DNA from: Candidatus Hydrogenedentota bacterium
Lineage (GTDB): Bacteria; Hydrogenedentota; Hydrogenedentia; Hydrogenedentales; SLHB01
NCBI GenBank assembly: GCA_029974275.1
Contig: JARKSN010000189.1
Coordinates: 1-58,647, forward strand
Length of the DNA: 58,647 bases
Direction: 5' to 3'
Below are positions 28,423 through 36,591 of the stretch, piece after piece; the first letter of the stretch is position 1, and each line of letters starts with the position of its first letter. Below the pieces are notes generated by a model. The model ran no database searches, was not told the origin of the DNA, and worked only from the letters and a program-made list of their open reading frames with translations. Both the position numbers and the translations under genes were made by a program.

Positions 28423-30441
28423 TCATTTCCGATGGAGCGTGAACCGCGTGATGGAAACCGGTGGAAATGCGTGCCGAATCCGTCCATCGCGAAGTTCCGC
28501 TGCGAAGGTTTTGATGCCTATGGCAGTCGGTTTTTGGAAGGTGTTTTTCGCCGTGAAGGCGTCGCCCGCCACGACCGCGCCTTCGGTCTTGGTCCGGGCC
28601 CGGAAGCCGTCGATCGTCAATTCGGCGCGTAGGGAGCGTTCGCGATCATAGTTGATGACGAATATCGACCAAGTCTTGCCGTTCTCATCGAGCAGCCCCA
28701 TGACATCGAGCGCAGGGCAGGACGCGGGCGCGCCGATCCATTCTCCCTTGGTTTCGATCGTTGGGGCGGTCGTTTCCGCCGGCGTGGGGATTGTGCCCGG
28801 TTGCGACCCATAGAGGTGAATCGCGTGCCACACCGGGTTGGCGTAGATGACCGAACGTTCTTTGCGCAGACCTCCGCCGTGGTTGAGCAGGGCGCTGTGC
28901 GTGATGATTTCGATGAGGCCGTTGCTGCGCATCGCGGCATGGTAGACGCCCGCCGTGAATAGGGACTCCGACTGCGTCGCGTAGTTTGGCTCGCCGCCTT
29001 TGTCGCGCAGAATCATCAATTCCGTGACCGCGATGCGCGGGACAAGCCCGGCTTCGGCCATTGGCGCGGCCATCATGCCTGCATAGGCGTCGTAGCCGTG
29101 GGCGAAGGCCATCAATTCGTCGTGCAGGCGGGCCGGATCGGCGTCGGCGGGCGTTCCCCACGCCTGCAGTGTGTGCAACGACAGCGAACGGACGTTTGCG
29201 CCGTTCGTCTCGATCAACGTCCGGTTCCATTCCTGCCTGTCGCCGCCGTTGGCGATGAGCAGAATGGAGGGATCGGCGTTCCGCATCGCCTCGCGGAATG
29301 TCTTGTACCGTTCCGCGTATGTTGTTGCCGTGGCATGTCCCACCTGCCAACCGCCCCAGAGTTCGTTGCCCACTTCCCAGTAGCGAATGCCGTATGGTTC
29401 GGAATGTCCGTTTGCGGCGCGTTTGGCCCCCCACTCGGTGGAGGCGGGGCCGTTGCAGTATTCGACCAGTTGCCGCGCCATCTCGGGGGAGCCGTCGCCT
29501 GCGTTCACGCACATCAGCGGTTCCGCGCCCGTCAACCGGCACAGGGTCAGCCATTCCTCGATGCCGACATGGTTCCATTCCACTTCGTCCCATGCGGGGT
29601 TGGGCAGCGTCGGGCGGTTGTCGAGCGGGCCGACGCCGTCGCGCCAGTCGTAGCCGCTGACGAAGTTGCCGCCGGGGAAGCGCAGCATGGCGATGTGCGC
29701 CCGTTTCATGCAGGCCACAACCTCCGGCTCCCATCCTTCGACGTGATCGCCGGGAAACAGGAGGATGCGGTCCAGTTCGACCACGCCGGCGGACTCAAAG
29801 CGGATGCCGAGCACGCATGGAGAGCCCGCGGGAAAGCCCTCGGGCTTGGCGACGCGCAGGATTTTGTCGGCCTGGGTCCATTCGGACGTTAGCGCAAAGG
29901 CGACTTCGCCCAGTGGCTGTCCGTCGACGCTGCGCAGGTAGCAGCGCGCCGTCATGGGCGTTTCGCTTCGCGCTTTTAGGGTAAGGATGAAATGCTTCAC
30001 GCGGTGCAACGGCGGATAGAGTCCGCTTTCGAGCCCCGCTTCCGGTTCGGCGAGCATGAGGCGCTGGTAGTCGCTCTTTCCGGTGCACACGATTTCGCCT
30101 GTGACCTTCCCGCAGCGCGCCCACTGCGCCGCTATGCCTTCTTTGTAGGCGGCGGCCTCGTCGGGAAGGCCGAAGGTGCGGGCTTCGCCGCTCAAGATGG
30201 GTTTCCGATAGACAGACCGGGGCCATCGATGAAAGGGCGCAAACTCGGGGTTGTGCACGATCTGCGCCCACGCCCCTTGATATACGTTGGTGTAGAGATG
30301 CTCGGTGAAGACTCCGAACAGATTTCGCGAAACGGGCGCGAGGCGCTTGGCGGCATCGAGATGCACAACGGCCTGCGGGGACGAGTCCGGCTGTTGCCCC
30401 GTCATGGCCAATGCCGCCAGCAGCAGGAAGTTCTGCATCAT
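28423..30441 (-). CDS. GH51 alpha-L-arabinofuranosidase-like, secreted
   Basis: FGVFTEH, LRFPGGNFVSGYDWRDGVGP, YWEVGNE (acid/base), signal peptide. Confidence 0.88.
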   Translation of the reverse strand: MMQNFLLLAALAMTGQQPDSSPQAVVHLDAAKRLAPVSRNLFGVFTEHLYTNVYQGAWAQIVHNPEFAPFHRWPRSVYRKPILSGEARTFGLPDEAAAYKEGIAAQWARCGKVTGEIVCTGKSDYQRLMLAEPEAGLESGLYPPLHRVKHFILTLKARSETPMTARCYLRSVDGQPLGEVAFALTSEWTQADKILRVAKPEGFPAGSPCVLGIRFESAGVVELDRILLFPGDHVEGWEPEVVACMKRAHIAMLRFPGGNFVSGYDWRDGVGPLDNRPTLPNPAWDEVEWNHVGIEEWLTLCRLTGAEPLMCVNAGDGSPEMARQLVEYCNGPASTEWGAKRAANGHSEPYGIRYWEVGNELWGGWQVGHATATTYAERYKTFREAMRNADPSILLIANGGDRQEWNRTLIETNGANVRSLSLHTLQAWGTPADADPARLHDELMAFAHGYDAYAGMMAAPMAEAGLVPRIAVTELMILRDKGGEPNYATQSESLFTAGVYHAAMRSNGLIEIITHSALLNHGGGLRKERSVIYANPVWHAIHLYGSQPGTIPTPAETTAPTIETKGEWIGAPASCPALDVMGLLDENGKTWSIFVINYDRERSLRAELTIDGFRARTKTEGAVVAGDAFTAKNTFQKPTAIGIKTFAAELRDGRIRHAFPPVSITRFTLHRK

Positions 30442-30474
30442 GTGGTCTTCTCCTCGCGCCCGTTCTCCCCCCTG

Positions 30475-32265
30475 TTATGCCCGCAGGGTCTCTATCGCGG
30501 CGCTGCGGATTTGCGCCGCGCGAATGCGTTTCATGTCGAACTTGCCGCTGCGATCGAACAAGTAGATGCCGTTTTGCTCCTGAAACACGTCCGTCAACTG
30601 CGTATAGCAATAGCCGAACATGTTCGGATCGTTCAGCAACGCGCCGCACAATCCCTCGAAACGCGCGTAGAACTCCTCGACGCTCGTGGGGCGGTCGCCA
30701 TAGCCCCACGAGTCCTCGCCTTCTTTCGCGGCGGGGTTCCACCAGATGCCGCCGAACTCGCTGACGAAGAACGGCTGGCCGGCGTAGGGGATCGAGATAG
30801 GGCGCTTGGGGTCGCCGTTCATGAAGGGTTCGTTTTGGGCAAGTCCGGCATGATTCCGCGTGAACGCCTCGACGTCTTGTTCGTAGTCATGGCAGTCGTA
30901 CACGTCGGTTTCGGGGACGCGGTGCGAATAGCCCGAGGCGTCCAGCACGGGCCGCGTGGCATCCATCGCTTTCGTGGCGAGGAACATTCCCCGCGTTACG
31001 TCATCGAGGTCGGTGATGCGATCGAGGATGGCCTGCACCGTTTCGTTGAGCGGGCACCATCCGACGATGCAGGGGTGGGAATAGTCGCGCGCGATGGCCT
31101 CGGTCCATTGCGTGATGTAGGAAGCCGAGACGCGCTGTTCGTCCTCGCTCTTTGTCCAGTCGCGACAGCCCCAATCGGGAAATTCGCCCCACACGAGATA
31201 TCCGAGCCGGTCTGCGTGGTAGAGGAAGCGCTCCTCGAAGACTTTTTGATGCAGCCGCGCGCCGTTGAAACCGGCCTCCAGGCTCAACTCGATGTCGCGC
31301 CGGAGCGCCTCGTCCGTTGGGGCGGTCAGGATGCCGTCCGGGTAGTAGCCTTGGTCGAGCACGAGCCGCTGGAATACGGGTTGTCCGTTGATGCAGATGG
31401 TTTTGCCGTCGATGCTGATGCTGCGCAGGCCCGCATAGGTCGAGGCGGCGTCCACGACGCGATCGCAGCGGTCGATGATCGTGAGGTCGATGCTGTAGAG
31501 GTTGGGTTTTCCGGGCGCCCAGAGCCGGCGCCGGTCCGCCGGGATCGACAGGATAATGCGAGGCGAGAACGATGTGCCCAGCGTGCACTCCGCAGAGGTG
31601 ACCGTTCCCTGGTCGTCATAGAGCAGCACGCGCAGGCGCAGGCCCTTTCGCGGGCGCGCTATTGGTTGTTCGAGGATGAAGCAGCTGTTGTCGACGTCCG
31701 GGGTGATGCGGGGCCGTAGCAATGCGGTTTCGGGCACGGGCTCCATCCAGACCGTTTGCCAGATGCCCGTGGTGCGCGTATACATGCAGGCCCAGCGCCC
31801 GTGCTTTTGCGATTGCTTGCCCACGGGCTTGAGTTCGCGCGTGTAGTCGCGCGCGCGCACGACGATCACGGCCGTTTCGCCGGGCGCCGCGGCGCCGTGG
31901 AGGTCGCACGTGAACGGCGTGAAGCCGCCGCGATGTCGCCCCACTTCCGTGCCATTCACCCAGACGGTCGCGTCATAGTCCACCGCCTGGAAGTGCAGCA
32001 GCACGCGCGATCCCTCCCATTCCTTGGGGATCGTCACCTCGCGGCGATACCACGCCACATGCATGAAATCGGTGTCGCCGATGCCCGACAATTCGCTTTC
32101 GGGGCAAAACGGCGTCGTGATGCGTTGCGCCAGCTCTCTTTCCAACAGGCCGCGCTCGAGGCCGCTGTCGCCGTTGTCCACCTCGAACTGCCATTCGCCA
32201 TTGAGATTGAGCCAGCGCTCGCGCACAAACTGCGGACGCGGATATTCGGGGCGCGGAATACTCAT
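30475..32265 (-). CDS. GH2 glycoside hydrolase (beta-galactosidase/glucuronidase-like)
   Basis: PRPEYPRP, LNGEWQF, LHFQAVDY..GGFTPF, TGIWQTVW, RLHQK, WCPLNE, SEFGG. Confidence 0.92.
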   Translation of the reverse strand: MSIPRPEYPRPQFVRERWLNLNGEWQFEVDNGDSGLERGLLERELAQRITTPFCPESELSGIGDTDFMHVAWYRREVTIPKEWEGSRVLLHFQAVDYDATVWVNGTEVGRHRGGFTPFTCDLHGAAAPGETAVIVVRARDYTRELKPVGKQSQKHGRWACMYTRTTGIWQTVWMEPVPETALLRPRITPDVDNSCFILEQPIARPRKGLRLRVLLYDDQGTVTSAECTLGTSFSPRIILSIPADRRRLWAPGKPNLYSIDLTIIDRCDRVVDAASTYAGLRSISIDGKTICINGQPVFQRLVLDQGYYPDGILTAPTDEALRRDIELSLEAGFNGARLHQKVFEERFLYHADRLGYLVWGEFPDWGCRDWTKSEDEQRVSASYITQWTEAIARDYSHPCIVGWCPLNETVQAILDRITDLDDVTRGMFLATKAMDATRPVLDASGYSHRVPETDVYDCHDYEQDVEAFTRNHAGLAQNEPFMNGDPKRPISIPYAGQPFFVSEFGGIWWNPAAKEGEDSWGYGDRPTSVEEFYARFEGLCGALLNDPNMFGYCYTQLTDVFQEQNGIYLFDRSGKFDMKRIRAAQIRSAAIETLRA

Positions 32266-32354
32266 GACTGTCACCTATTCCTTTCGTGATGCGGGCCAGA
32301 AAGAGTTGATCGCCCCGCAACATTCGTCCATCATGGTACTCTTTCGAGAAGGAA

Positions 32355-33233
32355 ATGGGAATGGCCACGATTATCAAAACCATACGTGAAACTCTCACCA
32401 TCCCCGAGAATTCGCTGGAGCGTTTCTTGTCGGTGCAGGCTCCCTTCGCCCGATCGCTGCGCGAACGGCATGTGGTGTTGGCGGGCATCAGCGATCTGAC
32501 AAAAGGATACGAAGTCGCGCGCGACGGCGTGGATTTTCACCTAGTGTTGTACACGCTCGAAGGCGCCGCAGCATTGACCGCCGAGCGGCAGGCGAACCGT
32601 CTGCGGCGAGGCTCCGTGTTCGTCGCGCCCGCGGGCACGCGCTATCGCTATCATGTCGATAGCGGGCCCTGGCGGATTCTTTGGTTTCATCTGCGCAATC
32701 TTCCGCCGTGGAGCGGTTTGGGGCGCGGGGGGCTTTGGGTGCGATCGTCTTACCTGATGGATGCGATGGAAATCGCCGCGGAGGGCTTCTTGGGAGAATC
32801 GCGGAACAATGAAGCGGACGCGTTCCGTCTGGCCGAGTTGTTCGGCGAACAGATATCCTTGTACCTTGCCCGTGAACTCGCGGGGACCGGTTCGCTCCAC
32901 GACCGGCGCATCCGGGAACGCCTCGATGCCTTGTGGAATGCCGTAGACGCCAGTCTGGAAGAGGATTGGACCGTGGCGCGCATGGCCCGCGTCGTGGGGA
33001 TGTCCGCTCCCGCTTTGCACCGCGCCGCCCTGCGCTATGCGGGGCGCAGCCCCATGCACATGGTCACGCACCTGCGCATGCTTCGCGCCGAACAGCTTCT
33101 CGGCCGCTTCGAACACCCCCTGCACTGGATTGCCGCACAGGTCGGCTACGCCACGCCGTTTGCGTTCTCCAATGCCTTCAAGCGCTGGCGCGGCGTCAGC
33201 CCCAGTGCCTTCCGCGCGTCGTTGGGATCGTAG
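32355..33233 (+). CDS. AraC-family transcriptional regulator
   Basis: N-terminal cupin and C-terminal IAAQVGY..FSNAFKRWRGVSPSAFR. Divergent from GH2. Confidence 0.92.
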   Translation: MGMATIIKTIRETLTIPENSLERFLSVQAPFARSLRERHVVLAGISDLTKGYEVARDGVDFHLVLYTLEGAAALTAERQANRLRRGSVFVAPAGTRYRYHVDSGPWRILWFHLRNLPPWSGLGRGGLWVRSSYLMDAMEIAAEGFLGESRNNEADAFRLAELFGEQISLYLARELAGTGSLHDRRIRERLDALWNAVDASLEEDWTVARMARVVGMSAPALHRAALRYAGRSPMHMVTHLRMLRAEQLLGRFEHPLHWIAAQVGYATPFAFSNAFKRWRGVSPSAFRASLGS

Positions 33234-33262
33234 GCGGAAGGACCGGCGGCGTTTCGTGCGCG

Positions 33263-34666
33263 TCATACCGTGCGCGAAAAGCCTCCGGGCGCATCGGGGC
33301 GTTTGAGGTAGGCGTCGAAGGCCATGCAGACGTTGCGGATGAAGGCGCGGCCCAAGGGCAGCACGTCGATGCCTTGCGCGGTGCGGGCCAGGAAACCTTC
33401 GGCGGCGAAAGCTTGGACCGAGGGGATCTCCGGCGCAAAATAGTCGTCGAAGGTCACGCCGAAGCGCGAGGTCAACTCTGCGAATTCGAGGCGGAAGTCG
33501 CACATCAGCCGCCGGATAACCCACCGCCGCACCTTGTCGTCGTCCGTAAGCGCGATGCCGTGGGCCGTGGCAAAGCGGTTTTCGTCGAGCGCGGCGTAAT
33601 AGCGGGACAGTTTTTTTTCGTTCTGCGCATAGCATCCGCCGACTTCGCCGATGGCCGAGACGCCAAAGCCGAGCATGTCGCTTGCGGGCGCGACGGTGTA
33701 CCCCATGAAATTGCGGTGGAGTCGGCGTTCGTCGAGCGCGTGCGCGAGTTCATCGTGCGGCAAGGCGAAATGGTCCATGCCGATTGCGCGGTAGCTTGCC
33801 GCGAGAAACAGTCGCCGCGCCTCGGCAAACAGGCTGAACTTGTCCGCGCCCATGGGCAACGCGCTCGCGTCGATGCGGCGCTGGTTGTGCATCTTGTCGG
33901 GCAGATGAGCGTAACTGTAAACGGCCAGACGATCGGGCCGGATGTCGATCGCGCGCTCGATTGTGCGCCGCCACGTTTCGACCCGCTGCATCGGCAGGCC
34001 GTATACGAGGTCGATGTTGATGCCTTCGAACCCTGCCTCGCGGCACCAGTCGAACAGGCGTCGCGTTTGCGCTTCGCTTTGGCCGCGCCCGATGGCGTGT
34101 TGCACGTCGGCGTCGAGGTCCTGCACGCCCATGCTGACGCGGTTGAATCCGATTTCGCGCAAGACGTCGACCTGTTCGCGCGTGGTTACGCGCGGGTCGA
34201 CTTCGAGCGCGATTTCCGCGTCGGGATGCAGTTCAAAGGCGTCGGCGATCGCCGTGAACAGGCGCCGCATCTGGGCGGGCTGAAGCGAGGTGGGCGTGCC
34301 GCCGCCCCAATGCAGTTGTTTGACCGTTCGGCGCTTTCCCAGGGCCGCCGCCGCCATGGCGGCCTCTTTTCCGACATACGCGACGTACCGGTCCATAACG
34401 TCTTCTTTGCGGGTGATCACGACATTGCAGCCGCAAAAGGCGCACCGTTCGCGACAGAACGGCACATGCACGTAGAGAGAGAGCGGGTCGTCGTTCGTGG
34501 CGGCGGCCGCCAGCGCTTCGCGGCACTGCGCATCGCGGAAGTCTTCTCGCCAAACGGGGGCCGTGGGATAGCTTGTGTAGCGTGGGCCGGGGCGGTCGTA
34601 TTTTTCGAGCAACTCGCGCGTCACTTCGATATCCGGCATGCGCGCCGTTGTTTCCGATGGGGTCAC
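33263..34666 (-). CDS. hemN: Oxygen-independent coproporphyrinogen III oxidase
   Basis: GPRYTSYPTA, YVHVPFCRERCAFCGC, HWGGGTP, IGMDHF, RNFMGY. GTG overlaps the upstream TGA. Confidence 0.92.
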   Translation of the reverse strand: MTPSETTARMPDIEVTRELLEKYDRPGPRYTSYPTAPVWREDFRDAQCREALAAAATNDDPLSLYVHVPFCRERCAFCGCNVVITRKEDVMDRYVAYVGKEAAMAAAALGKRRTVKQLHWGGGTPTSLQPAQMRRLFTAIADAFELHPDAEIALEVDPRVTTREQVDVLREIGFNRVSMGVQDLDADVQHAIGRGQSEAQTRRLFDWCREAGFEGINIDLVYGLPMQRVETWRRTIERAIDIRPDRLAVYSYAHLPDKMHNQRRIDASALPMGADKFSLFAEARRLFLAASYRAIGMDHFALPHDELAHALDERRLHRNFMGYTVAPASDMLGFGVSAIGEVGGCYAQNEKKLSRYYAALDENRFATAHGIALTDDDKVRRWVIRRLMCDFRLEFAELTSRFGVTFDDYFAPEIPSVQAFAAEGFLARTAQGIDVLPLGRAFIRNVCMAFDAYLKRPDAPGGFSRTV

Positions 34667-35781
34667 GAGAGCGGTGTCCTTTTTCCGATTTCGCCGCGCC
34701 GGTCCATGCGCGGCGGCGTTGTTTCCCACATGCCCGGTATTGCGGCGGCGCAATCGGGGCAGTTCCCGCCGTTCATGCGGTTCTCCGTTATGTAGAAACC
34801 ATGCCGGCGGATCAACGTGGCGCCGCACGCCGGACAGCGCGTGTTCTCGCGCTCCGGAACGCGTCCGGGCACATTGCCTTCATACACGAACTTCAACCCG
34901 GCATCGTTGCCTGCCGCGTATGCGCGGTCCAGTTCCGCCGCGCCGGTGCGCCGTTTGCCGGACATCTTGTAGTTCGGATGAAACGCCGTCACGTGCCACG
35001 GGATGTCCGTGGACAACGCCGCGATGAACTTCGCGATGGAGCGGAGTTCTTCCTCGCTATCGTTATAGTCCGGAACGACCAGCGTCACGATTTCGAGCCA
35101 GAATCCCAGGGCCTTGATGCGCTCAATCGCCGCCAAAATGTTGCTGAGTTCACCGCCGAGATCGCGATAGTGCCGCGCGTTGAAAGTCTTGAGATCGACC
35201 TTGTACAGATCGACGTGCGGACGGATGTAGTCGAGGGCTTCCGGCGTCGCATTTCCGTTGCTGACATAGCCGCAGACGATCCCGGCCTGCTTCGCGGGCT
35301 CGAAGATTTGGATGGCCCAGTCGGTTGTGATGAGAGGTTCGTTGTAGGTGCTGACGACGACGGGGGCGCCGCGCGCCAACGCCAGCGACACGATTTCGTC
35401 CGGGGCGCACGTTCGCGGATAGGTCGCGGCGCTGTCATCGCGCAGGACTTGACTGCTCACCCAATTCTGGCAAAAGCCGCAGGTGAAATCGCACCCTACC
35501 ATGCCGAACGACAGCGCATCGCGCCCAGGGTATGCGTGGAAAAACGGTTTCTTCTCGATAGGATCGACATGGAGCGCTGCGACATACCCCCCGGGCACGC
35601 GCAATGCGCCGTCTCGGTTGGCGCGCACCCGGCAGATGCCCGTCTGGCCTTCGGGAATGAGGCAGCGGTTGGCGCATGCCAGGCAGCGCACCGTTCCATG
35701 CCCCTCCTGTCGCGTCAGTTCAGGCGCGGCCAGGATCGTGTGTTGCTCCAGCCATTCGCGGAGCGATAGGCGCTTGCTCAT
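34663..35781 (-). CDS. amrS: AmmeMemoRadiSam-system radical SAM enzyme
   Basis: CLACANRC..GICRVR, DPIEKKPFFH, CDFTCGFCQNW, TYNEP, WHVTAFHP, YEGNV..TRCPAC. Confidence 0.9.
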   Translation of the reverse strand: MSKRLSLREWLEQHTILAAPELTRQEGHGTVRCLACANRCLIPEGQTGICRVRANRDGALRVPGGYVAALHVDPIEKKPFFHAYPGRDALSFGMVGCDFTCGFCQNWVSSQVLRDDSAATYPRTCAPDEIVSLALARGAPVVVSTYNEPLITTDWAIQIFEPAKQAGIVCGYVSNGNATPEALDYIRPHVDLYKVDLKTFNARHYRDLGGELSNILAAIERIKALGFWLEIVTLVVPDYNDSEEELRSIAKFIAALSTDIPWHVTAFHPNYKMSGKRRTGAAELDRAYAAGNDAGLKFVYEGNVPGRVPERENTRCPACGATLIRRHGFYITENRMNGGNCPDCAAAIPGMWETTPPRMDRRGEIGKRTPLS

Positions 35782-35871
35782 GCTCGCCCCGCCGCTGCCG
35801 CTTCGATCGCGAACCGCGTGAAAGAAAACCGCGCCGGAGCCCGTTCCATGGCACGCAGTCCTCGGGAGGGA

Positions 35872-36174
35872 TCAGTCTGGAATTTCGACGTTGATGTCAT
35901 CATTGTCGGCAATGACCTTGTAGCGATAGACGCCGTCTTCGGGGCTGTGTTCCGGATCGAGATGAAAGCTCCAGCCGTGCCACGGGCACATCACCTTTCC
36001 GTTTTCGACCACGCCCTCGGAAAGCGGACCGCCCGCGTGCGGACAGACGTCGCTGATGGCGTAAAACGTTCCGTCGACGTTGAATACGGCGATATATTCG
36101 TTTTCCTGCTCGACGCAGATCGATCCGTTGCGTGGAACGTCGTTTTTCGAGGCTATTTTCACGATTCTGGACAC
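35872..36174 (-). CDS. Rieske [2Fe-2S] ferredoxin
   Basis: CPHAGGPL..CPWHGWSF. GTG after AAGGAG. Confidence 0.9.
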   Translation of the reverse strand: MSRIVKIASKNDVPRNGSICVEQENEYIAVFNVDGTFYAISDVCPHAGGPLSEGVVENGKVMCPWHGWSFHLDPEHSPEDGVYRYKVIADNDDINVEIPD

Positions 36175-36501
36175 GGTTTGCTCCTTGCCTGCCGCCTTGT
36201 CGATTCCATCGTACTCCCTGCGCGGAAAGGCGTCAAGACGACGATCAGGCAGGGCTATCGCAATGCATTGCAACCTGCCCGAGTTTTTCTGTCCCCTTTT
36301 CCACGCCGGTTTTCCCGTTACGTTCATTCCTTGCGCTGAAAAATGCGGGGGGAGAGGCGTTTTGGGCCTTCTGGATATGGTGCGACGGCGTTTTCTCGCC
36401 ACAGCATATGGGGGCCTGTCTGGGGGGCATTTACTGGAGCGACGAATTCTTGTCACAATGACAACTTACTGGCATACAATGAGTTACGTATCCATAAACG
36501 C

Positions 36502-36530
36502 TTGACGGCCCGGCGCGCGGGTGGTACAAT
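36502..36530 (+). promoter_or_regulatory. Near-consensus sigma70 promoter of the MshEN-DnaA/pil locus
   Basis: TTGACG-N17-TACAAT with TG extended -10, 61 nt upstream of ATG 36592. Confidence 0.7.
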
Positions 36531-36591
36531 TCCCTTGCACTGAAGACCAAATGGAAGACGGCTCCGGGACGGAAGCGCGCAGAGGTTTGCC

